Positions 34,965-37,934 of a stretch of 37,934 bases of DNA are shown piece after piece. The translations under genes were made by a program, and so were the position numbers. This DNA comes from a bacterium UBP10_UBA1149 (lineage in GTDB: Bacteria; Desulfobacterota; Binatia; UBA1149), in the NCBI GenBank assembly GCA_002311335.1, contig DBZX01000015.1, positions 106,430 to 144,363 of the forward strand. Reading direction: 5' to 3'. Below the pieces are notes generated by a model. The model worked only from the letters and a program-made list of their open reading frames with translations. It was not told the DNA's origin and did no database searches. Every line of letters begins with the position of its first letter. The first letter of the stretch is position 1.

Positions 34965-37934
34965 ATGGATGACAGAATTTTTGATATGAACTCAAAGCCT
35001 TTTTGCAACGATCGGCCAGACGAGAGCTGCTTCGATAGCGCTAACACTCGTGAGGCGGTGGCTTCGTTGCTGCACGGAATACGGTCGCGCAAGGGCTTTA
35101 TCACTCTCGTGGGTGACCAGGGAACCGGCAAGACGTCGCTGCTGCAGCGCGTCGCCGACGAGCTCGAGGGCGAGGCCGAGGTCGTATGCGTGTTCGACGC
35201 GGGGCTCGGCTTCGACGAACTGCTCGAGTACCTCTGCGTCCAGCTGGGCCTGGACACCGACGACAGCCGCCGCATGAGCCTGCTCGACAAGCTGAACGCC
35301 TACCTGCTCGATTCGCTCGTAGAGGGCGGCAACGTCGTAGTCATAATCGACGATGCTCACCTGATCGATGAGAGGCTGCTCGAAGAACTTCGCCTGCTCA
35401 CCAACCTCGAAACTTCCACAGAGAAAATACTGCAGATCGTCCTGTGCGGAGAGCGCTCTCTCGAAACCAAGCTCAAGCGCCACTCGCTTCGGCAGGTAAG
35501 GCAGCGCGTAGGCATGCGAGCAGTTCTCGAACCTCTGGCCAAGGACGACGTCGTTGATTACATCGACTCTCGCCTGGCCCCCTGGGAAGCGAGAGCCGAA
35601 GACATTTTCAGTGGTGGTGCTATTCGCCGTCTTTCCGGCGGCCGCAAGCCCACTCCCGCCAGCGTGAACAGCCTGGCCGCGAGAGCCATGGAGATCGCCC
35701 TGGAGAAAGGGCTGCCCCTGGTGCCAGCTTCTTGCATTCGAAAAGCCGAGGCCGAACAGCGACGCACTCTCAGGGGCGAGGGCTCAGGATCTACCGCTGC
35801 CGCTCTGCGGTGGACGGGATACGGTGGCGCGGCTTTCGCAGCTGCTGCGGTGGCCGTGCTGCTGACCAACAACTGGCAGGGCAGTGTTACGAACGTAGTG
35901 GCCCCTGGAGCTGAGCCCGTGCCGAGCTACTCGAACTCGGTGCAGCTGGCACTCGACGAACTTCAAAGCCAGAGCGAACTGGCCGACAGCGCGCTTGCCG
36001 AGGTTTCCAAGGCGAAAACCACCAGTGAAACGGCCGCTGCCAAGACCGTGGTCAGCGAGGAGGGGTTGGCTGATAGCTTGCAAGCCACGGTGCTTGTTGC
36101 AGCCGTGGCGCCTGTGCAAGCCGACGTCGTGGCGGCCGCCTCGTTGGTAGAAAACCATACTGCGGATAGCGCTTCGGTAGAAAGCGATCCGACAGGCGAT
36201 CACTCGGTGGACAACATCCTGGCGGATGATGCCTCGGTGGTAGTCGTTCTGGCCGGCGACCTGTGTGGGAACGGCGAATTGGACGAGGGCGAAGAATGTG
36301 ACGACGGCAACCCGTCGAACTCCGATGCCTGCCTGGTGACCTGTGAGCTCCGCAGTTGCGGCGACGGTTTCGTGCACTCTGGTTTCGAAGAGTGCGACGA
36401 CGCGAACTCGAACAACAGCGACGAATGTCTCAACAACTGTCGCAAGGCTCGTTGTGGAGACGGGCAGGTCCTGGCTTCCCTTGAGGAGTGCGATGATGGC
36501 AAGGCTAACAGCAACTCGACGGCGGACTCCTGCAGGGTAGACTGCCGTTTACCCTTTTGCGGTGACGGAGTGGTGGATGGCGACGAAGCCTGCGATGACG
36601 GCAACGCCAACAATAACGACACCTGTCTCGACAGTTGCGTGACCGCGGTTTGCGGCGATGGTTTTATACAGGTCGACGTAGAGCAGTGTGACGCGGGTGC
36701 AGACAACGACGACGGCACGGCCGACGTTTGTCGTACCGATTGCAGTCTGCCTTCCTGCGGCGACGGCGTGGCCGATTCCGGCGAGATCTGCGACGACGGA
36801 AACAGCTCTAACCAGGACGGTTGCATTGAAGATTGCACTCTCCCGGTTTGCGGCGACGGCTACTTGTTCGTGGGCATGGAAGAATGCGACGAGGGCGACC
36901 GGAACAGTACCAGGCTTCCCAATGTCTGCAGGACGGATTGCACGAGGCCTTCCTGCGGCGATGGCGTGGTCGACACCGGCGAATCCTGTGACGACGGAAA
37001 CAGTGACAACAGCGACGCCTGCCTTGACGACTGCCGCGTGGCTTCATGCGGAGACAGCGTGGTGCAGGCGGGCGTAGAAGAATGCGACTCCGGGGGCTTC
37101 AACAGCGACTTGCTCCCCGGCAGTTGTCGGAGCGATTGCGTTCTGCCCACCTGTGGTGACGGCGTGGTCGATTCGGGCGAGGCTTGCGACGACGGCAACG
37201 CCGACGACAGTGACTCCTGCCTGGCCAACTGCGTCTCGGCCACTTGCGGTGATGGGGTTGTATCCGTTGGCGTGGAGTCCTGTGACGGCGGAGACGCCAA
37301 CAGTGATATTGTTGCCGGTGCTTGCCGTAACGACTGTTCGTTGCCCTCCTGTGGTGACGGAGTTGTCGACGCGGGCGAGAGCTGCGACGACGGCAATATT
37401 TCGAACGATGACAGCTGCACGGCAAAATGTGAGCATGCGTTCTGCGGCGACGGCTTCGTACAGGTTGGTGTAGAGACCTGCGACGCGGGCATCGGGAACG
37501 GCAACCGGATCGGCGATCTTTGTCGTACGGACTGCCGCGTAGCTTCCTGCGGTGATGGAACTGTCGATGCCGGCGAGAGCTGCGACGACGGCAATATTTC
37601 AAACGATGATAGCTGCACAGCGAAATGTGAGCATGCGTTCTGCGGCGACGGCTTTGTGCAGGTGGGAGTCGAGGCTTGCGACGCGGGCCCGGCCAATAGT
37701 GATGTAACGGCTGATAGCTGCCGCGGCGATTGCACGGTGGCCAGCTGCGGTGACGGGATGGTTGACGCGGGCGAGGCCTGCGACGATGGCAACGCCGACA
37801 ACAGCGATGCCTGCCTGGCCAGCTGCGAGGCGGCGGCCTGCGGTGACGGTTTCGTTCAGCTTGACGTAGAGGCTTGCGACGCGGGCCTGGCCAACAGCGA
37901 TGTTGCGGCAGATAGCTGCCGCGGCGATTGCACG
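34965..37934 (+). CDS. Partial CDS (3' end outside the window): ExeA/GspA-like AAA+ ATPase, TM segment, linker, then at least 17 Myxococcus-type cysteine-rich repeats
   Basis: Hand translation of + frame 3 gives 990 codons without a stop from ATG 34965 to the last base, with the upstream in-frame stop TAA at 34833. GGGAGA lies 8 nt before the ATG; an in-frame ATG at 34938 is the alternative start. Walker A GDQGTGKT (35112-35135), Walker B VVVIIDDAH, and LRLLTNLETSTEKILQIVLCGERSLE are typical of ExeA/MshM ATPases. Hydrophobic segment at 35820-35867. Repeats from 36264. It is not in the ORF track because it has no stop. Confidence 0.88.
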   Translation, partial: MDDRIFDMNSKPFCNDRPDESCFDSANTREAVASLLHGIRSRKGFITLVGDQGTGKTSLLQRVADELEGEAEVVCVFDAGLGFDELLEYLCVQLGLDTDDSRRMSLLDKLNAYLLDSLVEGGNVVVIIDDAHLIDERLLEELRLLTNLETSTEKILQIVLCGERSLETKLKRHSLRQVRQRVGMRAVLEPLAKDDVVDYIDSRLAPWEARAEDIFSGGAIRRLSGGRKPTPASVNSLAARAMEIALEKGLPLVPASCIRKAEAEQRRTLRGEGSGSTAAALRWTGYGGAAFAAAAVAVLLTNNWQGSVTNVVAPGAEPVPSYSNSVQLALDELQSQSELADSALAEVSKAKTTSETAAAKTVVSEEGLADSLQATVLVAAVAPVQADVVAAASLVENHTADSASVESDPTGDHSVDNILADDASVVVVLAGDLCGNGELDEGEECDDGNPSNSDACLVTCELRSCGDGFVHSGFEECDDANSNNSDECLNNCRKARCGDGQVLASLEECDDGKANSNSTADSCRVDCRLPFCGDGVVDGDEACDDGNANNNDTCLDSCVTAVCGDGFIQVDVEQCDAGADNDDGTADVCRTDCSLPSCGDGVADSGEICDDGNSSNQDGCIEDCTLPVCGDGYLFVGMEECDEGDRNSTRLPNVCRTDCTRPSCGDGVVDTGESCDDGNSDNSDACLDDCRVASCGDSVVQAGVEECDSGGFNSDLLPGSCRSDCVLPTCGDGVVDSGEACDDGNADDSDSCLANCVSATCGDGVVSVGVESCDGGDANSDIVAGACRNDCSLPSCGDGVVDAGESCDDGNISNDDSCTAKCEHAFCGDGFVQVGVETCDAGIGNGNRIGDLCRTDCRVASCGDGTVDAGESCDDGNISNDDSCTAKCEHAFCGDGFVQVGVEACDAGPANSDVTADSCRGDCTVASCGDGMVDAGEACDDGNADNSDACLASCEAAACGDGFVQLDVEACDAGLANSDVAADSCRGDCT
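36558..37934 (+). repeat. In-frame 198-nt super-repeat (31-aa A unit + 35-aa B unit), 7 copies, the last cut by the window edge
   Basis: The Cys codon of each CGDG opening an A unit falls at 36558, 36756, 36954, 37152, 37350, 37548 and 37746, exactly 198 nt apart. The copies at 37350 and 37548 are the most similar. Confidence 0.9.

Noticed and set aside
36200-37801. Minus-strand ORFs (212 and 313 aa) with repetitive S/P/Q/T-rich translations, and minus ORFs 33862-34755 and 33870-34616.
   Set aside because: They are the antisense reading of the cysteine-repeat coding arrays, and their periodicity simply mirrors the + strand repeats. The + frame has the recognisable domains, promoter and SD.
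36264-37934. Regularly spaced repeats that could superficially suggest a CRISPR array.
   Set aside because: The periodicity is 198 nt and in frame, and the whole stretch is one open reading frame. The segments between conserved cores are themselves homologous rather than unique spacers. No leader or cas genes are present.

Overview
High-GC bacterial chromosomal segment, densely coded on both strands. Bases 1-33.6 kb are mostly recognisable housekeeping genes. They comprise a five-gene Dpp/Opp-type peptide ABC importer, the rpsP-KH-rimM-trmD-(SPOUT methyltransferase)-rplS operon, and groES-groEL. Next come a peptidoglycan-turnover neighbourhood (ldcA, beta-lactamase-fold hydrolase, mpl, Slt70-like transglycosylase), maf-yggS-proC, and hydantoinase/oxoprolinase A+B. 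The rest are a membrane-anchored sulfatase-like enzyme, tldD-pmbA, a second SLT-domain protein, a crotonase, a CDF transporter, infA and tRNA-Gln(CUG). The part worth attention is the last ~4.3 kb, directly after the tRNA. It holds two consecutive + strand genes, each preceded by the identical 17-nt sigma-54-type promoter TGGCACGTCCATTGCTC. The first gene encodes a bitopic protein with four Myxococcus-type cysteine-rich repeats and a C-terminal SPOR (peptidoglycan-binding) domain. The second gene is not in the supplied ORF track because it runs off the 3' edge without a stop. It has 990 open codons (34965-37934) encoding an ExeA/GspA-like AAA+ ATPase, a TM segment, a linker and at least 17 cysteine-rich repeats in a strict 198-nt (31+35 aa) super-repeat. 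I read this as a candidate sigma-54-controlled, peptidoglycan-tethered envelope module whose architecture I cannot match to a described system. Its 3' end and any downstream partners lie outside the window. Many long ORFs in the track (R/P/S/G-rich, antisense to recognisable genes) are high-GC shadow ORFs and were not called. No CRISPR array, rRNA, transposase or integrase was seen. The taxon guess (Myxococcota/deltaproteobacteria-like) rests only on the repeat family and GC content.
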